NCBI GenBank assembly: GCA_023700845.1 | Contig: JAMPYD010000002.1 | Span: 1 to 38,607 of the forward strand | DNA from: Elusimicrobiota bacterium | GTDB taxonomy: Bacteria; Elusimicrobiota; Elusimicrobia; UBA1565; UBA9628 | Reading direction: 5' to 3' | Length of the DNA: 38,607 nucleotides | In this document: positions 26,551 through 36,464 of the stretch, in pieces | How positions within the stretch are numbered: position 1 is the stretch's first letter | Layout: each line of letters begins with the position of its first letter | Program-made: the position numbers and the translations under genes | Notes under the pieces: model-generated | Told to the model about the DNA's origin: nothing | What the model saw: the letters and a program-made list of their open reading frames with translations, nothing else | The model's database searches: none

Positions 26551-27321
26551 ATGGGAAGAAGAACCCGGATCCATTTCAACGGCGCCGTCTATCACGTCAT
26601 GGCAAAGGGCGTGGACGGTCGAACCATCTTTGTCGATGATCACGATCGCAGGTTTTTCCTCGAGACGCTTGAACGTATATGCGCGGACTCGGGCGCGGAG
26701 ATCTTCGCCTATTGCCTTATGGGAAATCATTTCCACCTCGCGATCCAGGTCTCTCGCATCCCGCTTTCCGCAATCATGCAGCGGCTCCTCACGGGCTATG
26801 TGACCGCCTTCAATTTCCGACATAACCGAACCGGGCACCTGTTCCAGGCTCGATACCGCTCGAAGCATTGCCTGGACGACGCGCACCTCGCCGTCGTGAT
26901 CAGATACATCCATGAGAATCCGGTGCAAGCGGGACTCGTCACGCGCGCATGCGATTGGCCTTGGTCCAGCGCGGGCGACTACGAGGCGGATGATACGACA
27001 GAAGTGTCGATCCCCGCTGATTTCGATCCTTGGAAAGCCGACGATGAACCCAAGCACGCGCGCCGCTTCATCGAGGATCCGCAGGCCCCCCTCGACGATA
27101 TCGCCATTCGAGTGCAGAAACGAACCGGGGTCACGATCAGAGAAATGCAGTCGGCGGACCGACGAAGAAGTGTCGTGGCCGCGCGGCGGGCACTGACTCA
27201 TGAGGCTGCATGCCAAGGGCACCCTCTCCATGCGATCGCCGCATGGCTGCATACGACCCCGACTTCTGTCACTCGGTATTCCAAGGGCATTTCTGTCATT
27301 GCCGTTAGTCTGGACACCTAA
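26551..27321 (+). CDS. IS200/RAYT-type Y1 (HUH) tyrosine transposase with C-terminal DnaA-C-like HTH domain
   Basis: MGRRTRIHFNGAVYHVMAKG, HUH motif GNHFHLAIQ, catalytic-Tyr region VIRYIHENPV, WPWSS. C-terminal ...RRSVVAARRALTHEAACQGHPLHAIAAWLHTTPTSVTRY resembles the DnaA domain IV HTH. Alternative in-frame starts at 26515 and 26542. Lower GC than the surroundings. Confidence 0.85.
   Translation: MGRRTRIHFNGAVYHVMAKGVDGRTIFVDDHDRRFFLETLERICADSGAEIFAYCLMGNHFHLAIQVSRIPLSAIMQRLLTGYVTAFNFRHNRTGHLFQARYRSKHCLDDAHLAVVIRYIHENPVQAGLVTRACDWPWSSAGDYEADDTTEVSIPADFDPWKADDEPKHARRFIEDPQAPLDDIAIRVQKRTGVTIREMQSADRRRSVVAARRALTHEAACQGHPLHAIAAWLHTTPTSVTRYSKGISVIAVSLDT
27287..27320 (+). repeat. 34-bp repeat copy B (degenerate; overlaps the 3' end of the transposase ORF)
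   Basis: gcatttctgtcattgccgttagtctggacaccta, 26/34 identical to copy C in the same orientation. Confidence 0.65.
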
Positions 27322-27326
27322 TTCTG

Positions 27327-27332
27327 TAGAAT
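27327..27332 (+). promoter_or_regulatory. -10 TAGAAT, 6 nt upstream of ATG 27339 (bdhA), 6 nt from repeat copy B
   Basis: ...ctggacaccta-attctg-TAGAAT-cgcctc-ATG. Confidence 0.5.
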
Positions 27333-27338
27333 CGCCTC

Positions 27339-28121
27339 ATGCTAAAGGGAAAAACTGCGGTGGTGACAGGATCGACGAGCGGAATCGGCTTGGGAGTCGC
27401 CAAAGCGCTGGCGCAGCAAGGCGCCTCGGTGATGATCAACGGGTTCGGCGATGCGAAAGAGATCGAGGCCATAAGGCTCTCGCTCGAAAGGCTTTCCGGG
27501 GCGCAGGCGGCTTATCAGGACGCGGACATGAGCAAGCCGGCCGAGGTCGCAGCGATGATCATGGCCGCCGAGCGGACCTTCGGCAAGGTCGACATCCTGG
27601 TCAACAACGCCGGCATCCAGCACCTGGCGCCTGTCGAGGAGTTCCCGGCCGATAAGTGGGACGCCATCATCGCGATCAACCTGTCTTCGAGCTTCCACAC
27701 CATCCGCGCGGCCCTGCCCGGCATGAAAAAGCGGGGTTGGGGACGCATCGTCAACATCGCCTCGGCGCACGGCCTCGTTGCATCGGTGCACAAGGCCGCC
27801 TATGTCGCCGCCAAGCACGGCCTCATCGGCTTGACCAAGACGGTCGCTCTCGAGACGGCGCCGACCGGCATTACCTGCAACGCGATCTGCCCCGGCTGGG
27901 TGCTGACGCCGTTGGTGCAGAAGCAGATCGACGCGCTAGCGGCCCGCGACCGCATGACCGAGGCCGAGGCGAAGACCAAGCTCCTCGCCGAGAAGCAGCC
28001 CTCGCACGAGTTCGCGACCCCGGATCAGATCGGCGGGATGGTCGTGTTCCTGTGCTCCGACGCCGCCTCGCAGATGCGCGGCGCCGCGCTCACTGTCGAT
28101 GGCGGCTGGACGGCGCAGTAA
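27339..28121 (+). CDS. bdhA: D-3-hydroxybutyrate dehydrogenase (SDR family)
   Basis: 260 aa. TGSTSGIGLGVA cofactor motif, NNAG, catalytic S...YVAAKHG. BdhA-typical C-terminus LLAEKQPSHEFATPDQIGGMVVFLCSDAASQMRGAALTVDGGWTAQ. Confidence 0.92.
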   Translation: MLKGKTAVVTGSTSGIGLGVAKALAQQGASVMINGFGDAKEIEAIRLSLERLSGAQAAYQDADMSKPAEVAAMIMAAERTFGKVDILVNNAGIQHLAPVEEFPADKWDAIIAINLSSSFHTIRAALPGMKKRGWGRIVNIASAHGLVASVHKAAYVAAKHGLIGLTKTVALETAPTGITCNAICPGWVLTPLVQKQIDALAARDRMTEAEAKTKLLAEKQPSHEFATPDQIGGMVVFLCSDAASQMRGAALTVDGGWTAQ

Positions 28122-28130
28122 GGCAGGGCG

Positions 28131-28164
28131 GAAATACTGTCATTACCGTTAGGCCTGACACCAA
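28131..28164 (+). repeat. 34-bp repeat copy C
   Basis: gaaatactgtcattaccgttaggcctgacaccaa. It abuts the stop codon (28165-28167) of the convergent hydrolase gene. Confidence 0.9.
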
Positions 28165-29292
28165 CTATCGGTTCTCGACCCAGGCGACGAGCTCGTCGAA
28201 GGCGGCGTGGGCGCGGGGCATGAGGGGGGTGACGAAGGGGAACATGTCGGCGTTGGTGTCGATGTGGGCGGCGTCGTCCTCGAAGACCGATCGGTGCAGG
28301 TCGGCCTTGCCCTTGGAGCGCACGAGGTCCCGGTAGGCCTCGCCGTGGCCCGCGCAGGGGATCAGGTAGTCGTGCCGGCCGGCGATCGAGATCAGGGGGG
28401 CCTTGAGGTCGCCGGTGTTCTCGAACTCGCGGATGGCGGCCAGGGCGGCGGGGCGGGAGTCGAGGTCGTAATCGGCGACGGGGCCCGCGTACGACGGGTC
28501 GAGGTCGCTGAGGAAGATGCCGAGCGAGGACTCCCAGTACACGAGCTTGTAGAGGTCGGCCAGCGGCTTCCACTTGGCGTCCACGCGGGGGAAGCCGGCG
28601 CGGGCGATCGCGTCCTGGTCCCAGGGCTCCTTGGAGACCGCGCGCAGCAGGGCGGGAAGCTCGCGCAGGAGATTGCCTTTGTCGGCGCGCCACATCACGC
28701 CGGAGATCTCCACCGCGCCGTCCACGAACCCCATCTCGGCGGCGCGGCGCGCGATGAAGCCGCCGTTGGAGAGGCCGATGGCGTAGACGCGCTCGGGGGA
28801 GGAGCCGTGGCGGCGCAGGATGAGCTCTCGCGCCGTTTCCACCAAGGCCTCCAGCCGCGAGGCCCAGCGGCGCACCGAGCTCTCCGGGGTCATGGGCATG
28901 ACCACGGTGTCGCCGTCGAGCAGAGCGCGGCGCACGCCTTTGTCGGTCGCGGCGAAGGCATAGCCTTTGGAGAGGAGGAAGTCGGAGAAATACAGGTCGT
29001 AGGTGCTCTCGTCGGTGATGCCCGAGGCGGCGGCGACGACGAGGCGCCCGTTCCAGTCGCGCGGCACGCGCAGGAGGAAGCGCGCGCGGTTCTCCGGAGG
29101 CAAGGCCCCGGTGATGAGCGTGCCCGGGACGGGCCTGTCGATCTTCGTCCACAGCGCCTTGGGCGGCGCGATGTGAAGGGCGTCCTCGGTGAGGACCCGG
29201 CCCGTGGTGGTCAGGTCGGCGACGTCCGCCTCGACGATCCCCGGCTCGCGGGGGAGGTCCACGCGGAAGGCGTAGGCGCGGGGAAGGCTCAC
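28165..29292 (-). CDS. Alpha/beta-fold serine hydrolase (no obvious signal peptide)
   Basis: 375 aa. GTG start in a GTGA overlap with the upstream hydrolase stop. Nucleophile elbow AIGLSNGGF, late His in AAHID. Possible distant relation to 3-hydroxybutyrate-oligomer hydrolase or tannase-like esterases is inference only. Confidence 0.7.
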   Translation of the reverse strand: MSLPRAYAFRVDLPREPGIVEADVADLTTTGRVLTEDALHIAPPKALWTKIDRPVPGTLITGALPPENRARFLLRVPRDWNGRLVVAAASGITDESTYDLYFSDFLLSKGYAFAATDKGVRRALLDGDTVVMPMTPESSVRRWASRLEALVETARELILRRHGSSPERVYAIGLSNGGFIARRAAEMGFVDGAVEISGVMWRADKGNLLRELPALLRAVSKEPWDQDAIARAGFPRVDAKWKPLADLYKLVYWESSLGIFLSDLDPSYAGPVADYDLDSRPAALAAIREFENTGDLKAPLISIAGRHDYLIPCAGHGEAYRDLVRSKGKADLHRSVFEDDAAHIDTNADMFPFVTPLMPRAHAAFDELVAWVENR

Positions 29293-30728
29293 GGCTTCAG
29301 GATCTTCGCCAGCTCGTCGCGCTTCTTGAGAGGGAAGTAATGGTCTCCGGAGACGATGCGCGCGCGGAACCTCCCGGTCTTGTCGGTCAGGACGGTGCCG
29401 GAGGGCGGAGCCTTCTCGGGGGCCGCGATGCCGAGCCGGTCGAAGAGGACCTTGGCGCTCTCCCAGTTCAGCAGCTTGTCGCCGTCGGCGTGGACGAGCT
29501 CGAGGCGCATATCGAGGTCGTGAATTTTCGCCGCGTCTTCCGGCGAAAATTCAAGACGGAACATGTCGCTCGAGCGGCGCAGCATGGCCTCCTGCCAGCC
29601 CGGGTCTTTCGCGTCGCGCTGGATGTCCTTGATGAAAGCCTTGCGGAGGTGGTCGACCGCCTTGTCCCACGGCTCCTTGAGGTCGGCCAGCATCATGCCG
29701 GCGGCGTCCTTGGAGGCCAGCGCGATGATCTGGCCGCGCTGGAAGCGCCACGTCTCGAGCCAGGCGGCGATCGCGGGGGCGAGGAACGGGTTCATGCGGC
29801 CCGTCGCCTCCCAGAGCTCGGCCGTCGCGTCGCCGGCATTGAGCCAGTCGACGACGGCGCGCGTGGCCTGGCTCATGCGCTCGAAATCGGGGCCGGCCTT
29901 CTTCTCGCTGCCCTCGAAGTGGGTCGTGGCGTGGAGCAGGAACACGCGCGAGCCGGACAGGGCCTTGAGCGCGGCGGCGACGGCGGGCTCGGCGTGGAGC
30001 TGGACCATGCGCTGGAAGACGAGGGTGCCGAAGGAATGCAGGGCGAGCTCGACCTTGCCGCCGGGGGAGTCCTTCGCGGCGATGAGCACGGCGCGCGCGA
30101 GGTCGCGGGCGTCGGCGTCGATGGGGGACTTCGTCGGGAGCCAGGCGGAAGGCGCGTGGCCGCGCGTCCAGAGGAAGAGCTCGGCTCCGGCTGGCTTCTC
30201 CGCGCGGGCGAACAGGGGCTCGAAGCTCTCGGTCAGAGCGAGGCCGCCGGCGTACACGCGCGCCCGGCCGCCGGACGAGCCTTCTCGGGCCTTGTAGTGG
30301 ATCGGGGCCCCGCCGTCGCCCTCGAACTCGCCCAGCGTCCAGCCTTCGCCCGGGGCGCCGGCGCGGCCGCCGTCGAACAAAGCCTTAGCCTCGGCCGCGG
30401 AGTCTTCGAGGGATTTCGAGGGCTTCTCGCTTTTCGCCGCGGCCACCGGCAGCGGCAAAGGCAGAGGCACGGGCAGCGCGGGCAGAGCGGGGACCGCGGT
30501 CGGGAGCATCAGGCGCGGGGCCTCGGCCTTGGCGGGCGCGGAGAGCGAAGGGGCGGTGAGCGACAGGGGCGCTGAGAGGGCCGGAGCGGTGAGCGCCGGG
30601 GCCGCTCCTCCGAGCGTCGGGACTCCGGCGAAGCTTCCAAGGGAGCCGGTCAGGCGCGGGGCGGCGACGACGCCGGCGAAGGTGGGGGGAACGAACGCCA
30701 TCGCGACGGTGAGAAGGATAGTGTTCAT
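29289..30728 (-). CDS. Secreted putative serine hydrolase/esterase with Ala/Pro/Leu/Ser-rich N-terminal linker
   Basis: 479 aa. Signal-like MNTILLTVAMAFVPPTFAG. Repetitive LTAPALSAPLSLTAPSLSAP and PALPALPVPLPLPLP. Lipase-box-like ELALHSFGTL. Confidence 0.62.
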   Translation of the reverse strand: MNTILLTVAMAFVPPTFAGVVAAPRLTGSLGSFAGVPTLGGAAPALTAPALSAPLSLTAPSLSAPAKAEAPRLMLPTAVPALPALPVPLPLPLPVAAAKSEKPSKSLEDSAAEAKALFDGGRAGAPGEGWTLGEFEGDGGAPIHYKAREGSSGGRARVYAGGLALTESFEPLFARAEKPAGAELFLWTRGHAPSAWLPTKSPIDADARDLARAVLIAAKDSPGGKVELALHSFGTLVFQRMVQLHAEPAVAAALKALSGSRVFLLHATTHFEGSEKKAGPDFERMSQATRAVVDWLNAGDATAELWEATGRMNPFLAPAIAAWLETWRFQRGQIIALASKDAAGMMLADLKEPWDKAVDHLRKAFIKDIQRDAKDPGWQEAMLRRSSDMFRLEFSPEDAAKIHDLDMRLELVHADGDKLLNWESAKVLFDRLGIAAPEKAPPSGTVLTDKTGRFRARIVSGDHYFPLKKRDELAKILKP

Positions 30729-30735
30729 TGAGATT

Positions 30736-30741
30736 ATTCTA
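30736..30741 (-). promoter_or_regulatory. -10 TAGAAT, 7 nt upstream of ATG 30728 (secreted hydrolase)
   Basis: Minus strand reads TAGAAT-aatctca-ATG. Confidence 0.4.
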
Positions 30742-30807
30742 GTTCACGCGGCCCCTTTTCCTGTGGGCCGTCCGGCCCCGGGGCGGGCGGCAAAAGGCCT
30801 AGCCATT

Positions 30808-30816
30808 TGATAGACT
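30808..30816 (+). promoter_or_regulatory. Extended -10 TGaTAGACT, 6 nt upstream of ATG 30823 (hbd)
   Basis: tgatagact-cggccc-ATG. Confidence 0.5.
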
Positions 30817-30822
30817 CGGCCC

Positions 30823-31680
30823 ATGGAGATCACCCGCGTCTGCGTCGTCGGCGGCGGCACGATGGGCAACGGCATAGCCCACGTCTTCGCCCAGAAAGGC
30901 TTTTCCGTCACCCTCGTCGAGGCGAAGAAGGAGCTCGCCGACAAGGCCGTGGCGACGATCACGAGGAACATGGACCGTCAGGTCGCCAAGGGCGGCCTGA
31001 CCGCGGCGGACAAGGACGCGGCGCTCGGACGCCTGAAGACCGCGACGTCGATCGCCGAAGCGGCCGGGTTCCAGCTCGCGGTCGAGGCCGTCCCCGAGCG
31101 CCTCGACATCAAGGCCGCGGTGTTCAAGGACCTCGAGGCCCACGGCGCGCCGGGGGCCATCCTCGCGACGAACACCTCCTCTTTGCCGATCACCGATATC
31201 GCGGCGACGCTGAAGGACCCGTCGCGGGTCATCGGCATGCACTTCATGAACCCCGTCCCGGTCATGAAGCTCGTCGAGATCATCCGCGGCAAGAGGACGT
31301 CGGACGCGGCGACCGAGGCGGTCAAGGCGCTCACGGTCAAGCTCGGCAAGATCCCGGCCGTCGCCAACGACTTCCCCGGCTTCGTCTCGAACAGAGTCCT
31401 GATGCCCATGATCAACGAGGCGATCCTCTGCCTTCAAGAGGGCGTCTCGACGAAGGAAGACATCGACACCATCATGAAGCTCGGCATGGCCCACCCGATG
31501 GGCCCCATCGCGCTGGCCGACTACATCGGCCTCGACGTGTGCCTGGCCATCATGGAGGTGCTCGACAAGGGCTTCGGCGGCGTGAAGTACAAGCCGGCGG
31601 AGCTGCTGCGCAAGATGGTCTCCGACGGCAAGCTGGGCGTCAAGTCCGGCGCCGGCTTCTACGAGTACCCCAAGAAATAA
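30823..31680 (+). CDS. hbd: 3-hydroxybutyryl-CoA dehydrogenase
   Basis: 285 aa. VVGGGTMGNGIA Rossmann motif, ATNTSSLPIT, GMHFMNPVPVMKLVEII, PGFVSNR, GMAHPMGP. Confidence 0.92.
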   Translation: MEITRVCVVGGGTMGNGIAHVFAQKGFSVTLVEAKKELADKAVATITRNMDRQVAKGGLTAADKDAALGRLKTATSIAEAAGFQLAVEAVPERLDIKAAVFKDLEAHGAPGAILATNTSSLPITDIAATLKDPSRVIGMHFMNPVPVMKLVEIIRGKRTSDAATEAVKALTVKLGKIPAVANDFPGFVSNRVLMPMINEAILCLQEGVSTKEDIDTIMKLGMAHPMGPIALADYIGLDVCLAIMEVLDKGFGGVKYKPAELLRKMVSDGKLGVKSGAGFYEYPKK

Positions 31681-31681
31681 C

Positions 31682-32821
31682 ATGGATTTCAACTTCACCG
31701 AATCGATGTCGATGCTGCGCGACTCCGCTCGGGAGTTCGCCGAGAAGCGGCTCAAGCCCGGGGCGCTCGAATGGGACGAGCACGAGGCGATCCCGCCCGA
31801 GGTCTACAAGGAAGGCGCCGACCTGGGCTTCTTCGGCCTCTCGGTCCCCGAGGAATTCGGCGGCCTGGGCGTCGACCCTCTGGCCTACGCGGCCGCGATG
31901 GAGGAGCTCGCGCGCGGCTCGGCCTCGTTCCAGGTCTGCGCCACCGTGCACAACTCCTTGGTCTGCGCCGCGATCGCCAAGCACGGCACCGACGCGCAGA
32001 AGAAGAAGTTCCTGCCCAAGCTCGCCTCCGGCGAGTGGATCGGCGCGTACTCCCTGTCCGAGCCCGGCGCGGGCACGGACGCCGGCTCGCTCGCTACGCT
32101 CGCGATCGATGGCGGCGACCATTGGCTCGTCAACGGGACCAAGTCGTGGGTCACCAACGGCGGCTTCGCCACCGTGTTCCTGACCTTCGTGTCCACGAAC
32201 AAGGAGGCGGGCTCGCGCGGCATCACCTGCCTGCTCGTCGAGAAGGGCATGCCCGGCTTCACGGTCGGCAAGAAGGAGAAGAAGATGGGCCTGCGCGCCT
32301 CCGACACGCGCGAGACGAACTTCGTCAACGCGAAGATCCCGAAGGACGCTTTGCTCGGCGGCGTCGGCGGCGGCTTCAAGATCGCGATGAGCCAGCTGGA
32401 TTCAGGCCGCATCGGAATCGCGGCGCAGGCCGTCGGCATCGCCCAGGCCGCGCTCGAGGAGGCGGTCTCCTACGCCAAGCAGCGCAAGCAGTTCGGCAAG
32501 AAGCTCTCCGAGTTCCAGCTCACCCAAGCTAAAATCGCGGACATGGCTACGAACATCGCGGCAGGACGTTTATTGGTATTTCAAGCCGCGAGCCTTCTCT
32601 CTCGCGGCTTGAAATGCACGATGGAGGCCTCGATGGCGAAGTCCTTCGCCTCGCGCATCGCCAACAAGGCCTGCTTCGACGCCGTGCAGATCCACGGCGG
32701 CAACGGGTTCGTACGGGAGTTCCCCGTGGAGCGGTATTACCGCGACGTGCGCGTGACCGAGATCTACGAGGGCACGACCGAGGTCCAGAGCCTCATCGTG
32801 GCGCGCGAGGTCCTCGGATGA
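31682..32821 (+). CDS. Acyl-CoA dehydrogenase (short-chain/butyryl-CoA type)
   Basis: 379 aa. GAYSLSEPGAGTDAGS, QAVGIAQAALEEAVSYAKQRKQFGK, catalytic-Glu region IYEGTTEVQSLIVAR. Confidence 0.93.
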   Translation: MDFNFTESMSMLRDSAREFAEKRLKPGALEWDEHEAIPPEVYKEGADLGFFGLSVPEEFGGLGVDPLAYAAAMEELARGSASFQVCATVHNSLVCAAIAKHGTDAQKKKFLPKLASGEWIGAYSLSEPGAGTDAGSLATLAIDGGDHWLVNGTKSWVTNGGFATVFLTFVSTNKEAGSRGITCLLVEKGMPGFTVGKKEKKMGLRASDTRETNFVNAKIPKDALLGGVGGGFKIAMSQLDSGRIGIAAQAVGIAQAALEEAVSYAKQRKQFGKKLSEFQLTQAKIADMATNIAAGRLLVFQAASLLSRGLKCTMEASMAKSFASRIANKACFDAVQIHGGNGFVREFPVERYYRDVRVTEIYEGTTEVQSLIVAREVLG

Positions 32822-33402
32822 GGCTCGCGCTCGCGCTGAGCCTGGCCCTGGCGTCGCCGGCACCCGCCGCCGCCCCGCACCGGCCCGCCGAGCATGGCGA
32901 GCACTACCTCCCGGTCACGCTCGGCCCGGAGTACATCGAGCTCGTGACCCAGCTGCGCGCCAAGAGCGGGGCCAAGCCGGATTTCGAGTACCGGCAGACC
33001 GTGCTCAAGGGTCTGCGCTTGAACGAATCCGTCGACCGGGAGCAGGCTCCGGGCGGCCACACCGCGGCCCTCATCGTCGTTCGCGACGCGAAGGACAAGA
33101 AGCGCGCCCGCGCGCTGGCGCGGGAGGTGCTCGAGGCGGAGGACTGGGCCGACGTCGCCAAGACCCTGGCGGCGCGGACCTTGACCGTCGCGGAGCATCT
33201 GAAGGCCGTGAGCAAGAACGTCGACTACATCAACAGCCATGTCTCGCCGGGCTACGTGACGGTCGACGTCGTCTGGGTCGAGCGGCAGCTCCAACGGGAC
33301 CTGGACGGCGTCGTCGCGGCGCTCTACCTCGCCCGCTCGCCGCGCGGCGTCAGCAAGACCAAGGCGTCCAAGCCGTTGCCCGCCAGCGGCGTCGCGCGGT
33401 AG
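32818..33402 (+). CDS. Hypothetical secreted protein
   Basis: Trimmed to ATG 32818 (MRLALALSLALASPAPAAAP...), 194 aa. ATGA overlap with the acyl-CoA dehydrogenase stop. No family recognised. Confidence 0.5.
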   Translation: MRLALALSLALASPAPAAAPHRPAEHGEHYLPVTLGPEYIELVTQLRAKSGAKPDFEYRQTVLKGLRLNESVDREQAPGGHTAALIVVRDAKDKKRARALAREVLEAEDWADVAKTLAARTLTVAEHLKAVSKNVDYINSHVSPGYVTVDVVWVERQLQRDLDGVVAALYLARSPRGVSKTKASKPLPASGVAR

Positions 33403-34765
33403 CCGGCGGAAAGCGCGCTTTCCAAGCGCGCGGCTTCCTCGGGACGCGACCGCCAGGCCCAATCCTTGTAGAGCACCAGCTCCGGGGCGGAGCCGACGCG
33501 CGCCCGCTCGGCCTCGAAGCGGGGCAGGTCCTCGAGGATCAAGAAGGCCCACGCCGCGGGGCGCCGCGCGACCTCGCGCACGAAGGACGGGTTGAACGCG
33601 GCGACGAAGGCGCGCTCCGGGATCAGCTTCGCCGAGCGCTCTAGAAAACGGCGCGAGGCCTCTCGCTCCGCGTCGGGCGGCGGCGAGCCGGCCGCGGCGA
33701 GGCCCGCCGCGAGCAGGGCCGCGGGGACGGCGGCGGGGCCCAGCGCGCCCGCGGCCGCCACGGCGAGAGGCAGCAGGACGCTCAGCGCGTAGCGGTCCTC
33801 GGTGCCCGTGTCGAAGCGCCCGCGGAAGAAGCAGTTATAAAGGAGGAAGAAGGCGGCCGACAGCGCCGCCAGGCGGGCCGCCGGGCGCTTGAGGGAGGCC
33901 GCGAGCGTCGCCGGGATGAGGATCAGCCAGAACTCCGCGCGCTCCGCGAGCCAGCGGAGGTTGGGAAGCACCTGACGTGCCAGATGGGCCAGCGGCGCGG
34001 TGGTGGAGGCGGAGTAGCCGGGAAGGGCCTCGGCGCGGTTGGAGAGGGCGATCGCGGCGGGGAAAGCGGCGCCGAGGAGCGCGGGAAGGATGACGGCGAG
34101 GGGCGCTCTCATCAGGGCGGCATAGCCGATCAAAAGGGCGTTCTCGGGACGGACCTGGATGGCGAAGGCAACGGTGCATGCCGCGAAGGCGTTGAGCCCC
34201 GGCTCCTTGTCCCGCGCGTGCAGCGCGGCGAGCGACGCGGCGATCCAGAATAAGGAGGAGCTCGTGAGGTCGCTGGCGCGTCCGTAGCTCACGGCCAGCG
34301 GCAGCGCGGCCCAGAGGAACGCAGCCGCGAGGGCGCCCTGTTCGTCATCGAATATTTCCAGCGCGGCCCAGAACACGAACAGGGCGGAGAGCGACGAGAG
34401 CAAGGCGCTCCAGAGGAAGGAGCTTCCGCCCAAGGTCAGGAACGCGGCCAGCGCGACATGATGCCCGCCGGGCCAGGTGGGGCGGCGCAGCACGTCGTAG
34501 CCGGGCAGGCCGCCAGCGAGGGTCTCGGCGAAGGTCCCCGACGCGGCGAGGTGGCGCGCGATGTCGAGGTGCTCGAACTCGTCGTAGTACACCCGGTGCG
34601 CGGAGCCCCCGGCCAGCCGCAGCGCCAGCGCCGCGAACACGAGCGCGGCGAGCAGGCGGAGGCCGCCCGGAGAGCAGCGCCGGCCCAGGCGGCCGAGCGC
34701 CGACGGCAGCAAAGCCAGCCAGCCCGCGAGCAGCAGCGCCAGCGCCGCGGGGTAGGCCGTGGACA

Positions 34766-34766
<1 letters not shown>
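33324..34766 (-). CDS. Polytopic membrane protein, PMT/ArnT-like GT-C glycosyltransferase
   Basis: Trimmed to ATG 34766 (MSTAYPAALALLLAGWLALL...), 480 aa. First-loop acidic motif RVYYDEFEHLDIARHL resembles the DE motif of GT39/PMT_2 enzymes. About 10 TM helices plus a soluble C-terminal domain. TGATG junction with the ettA stop. Confidence 0.6.
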
Positions 34767-36460
<1,694 letters not shown>

Positions 36461-36464
36461 GGGG

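Larger units (their letters stand above)
26471..28164. mobile_element. Putative repeat-bounded unit: Y1/RAYT-type transposase + bdhA between 34-bp inverted repeats
   Basis: 33/34-bp inverted repeats at both ends, an internal degenerate copy, lower GC/GC3 by eye than the flanks, and exact filling of the kamA-hydrolase intergenic gap. Confidence 0.45.

Noticed and set aside
26461-27252. 263-aa minus-strand ORF antisense to the transposase gene
   Set aside because: The plus-strand frame carries the complete HUH/Y1 motif set. The antisense ORF has no recognisable features.
30530-30660. Repetitive DNA (ggtgagcg-like units) and the G-rich run at 2611-2631
   Set aside because: Both lie inside coding regions and encode low-complexity Ala/Pro/Leu/Ser linker or poly-Pro segments. 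They are not independent tandem-repeat elements or CRISPR-like arrays.
30765-30778. GC-rich palindrome GGGCCG-tc-CGGCCC in the hydrolase/hbd divergent region, and the 6-bp GC hairpin at 8702-8718 between convergent genes
   Set aside because: Short GC-only stems of 6 bp are expected by chance at this composition. The hairpin lacks a T-tract, so it is not convincing as an intrinsic terminator.
33324-33402. 79-nt convergent overlap between the 194-aa secreted hypothetical and the GT-C gene (also 12-16-nt convergent overlaps at 22145-22160 and 25092-25103)
   Set aside because: These most likely reflect non-conserved C-terminal tails running to the first available stop in stop-poor high-GC DNA. 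There is no evidence of a functional antisense arrangement.
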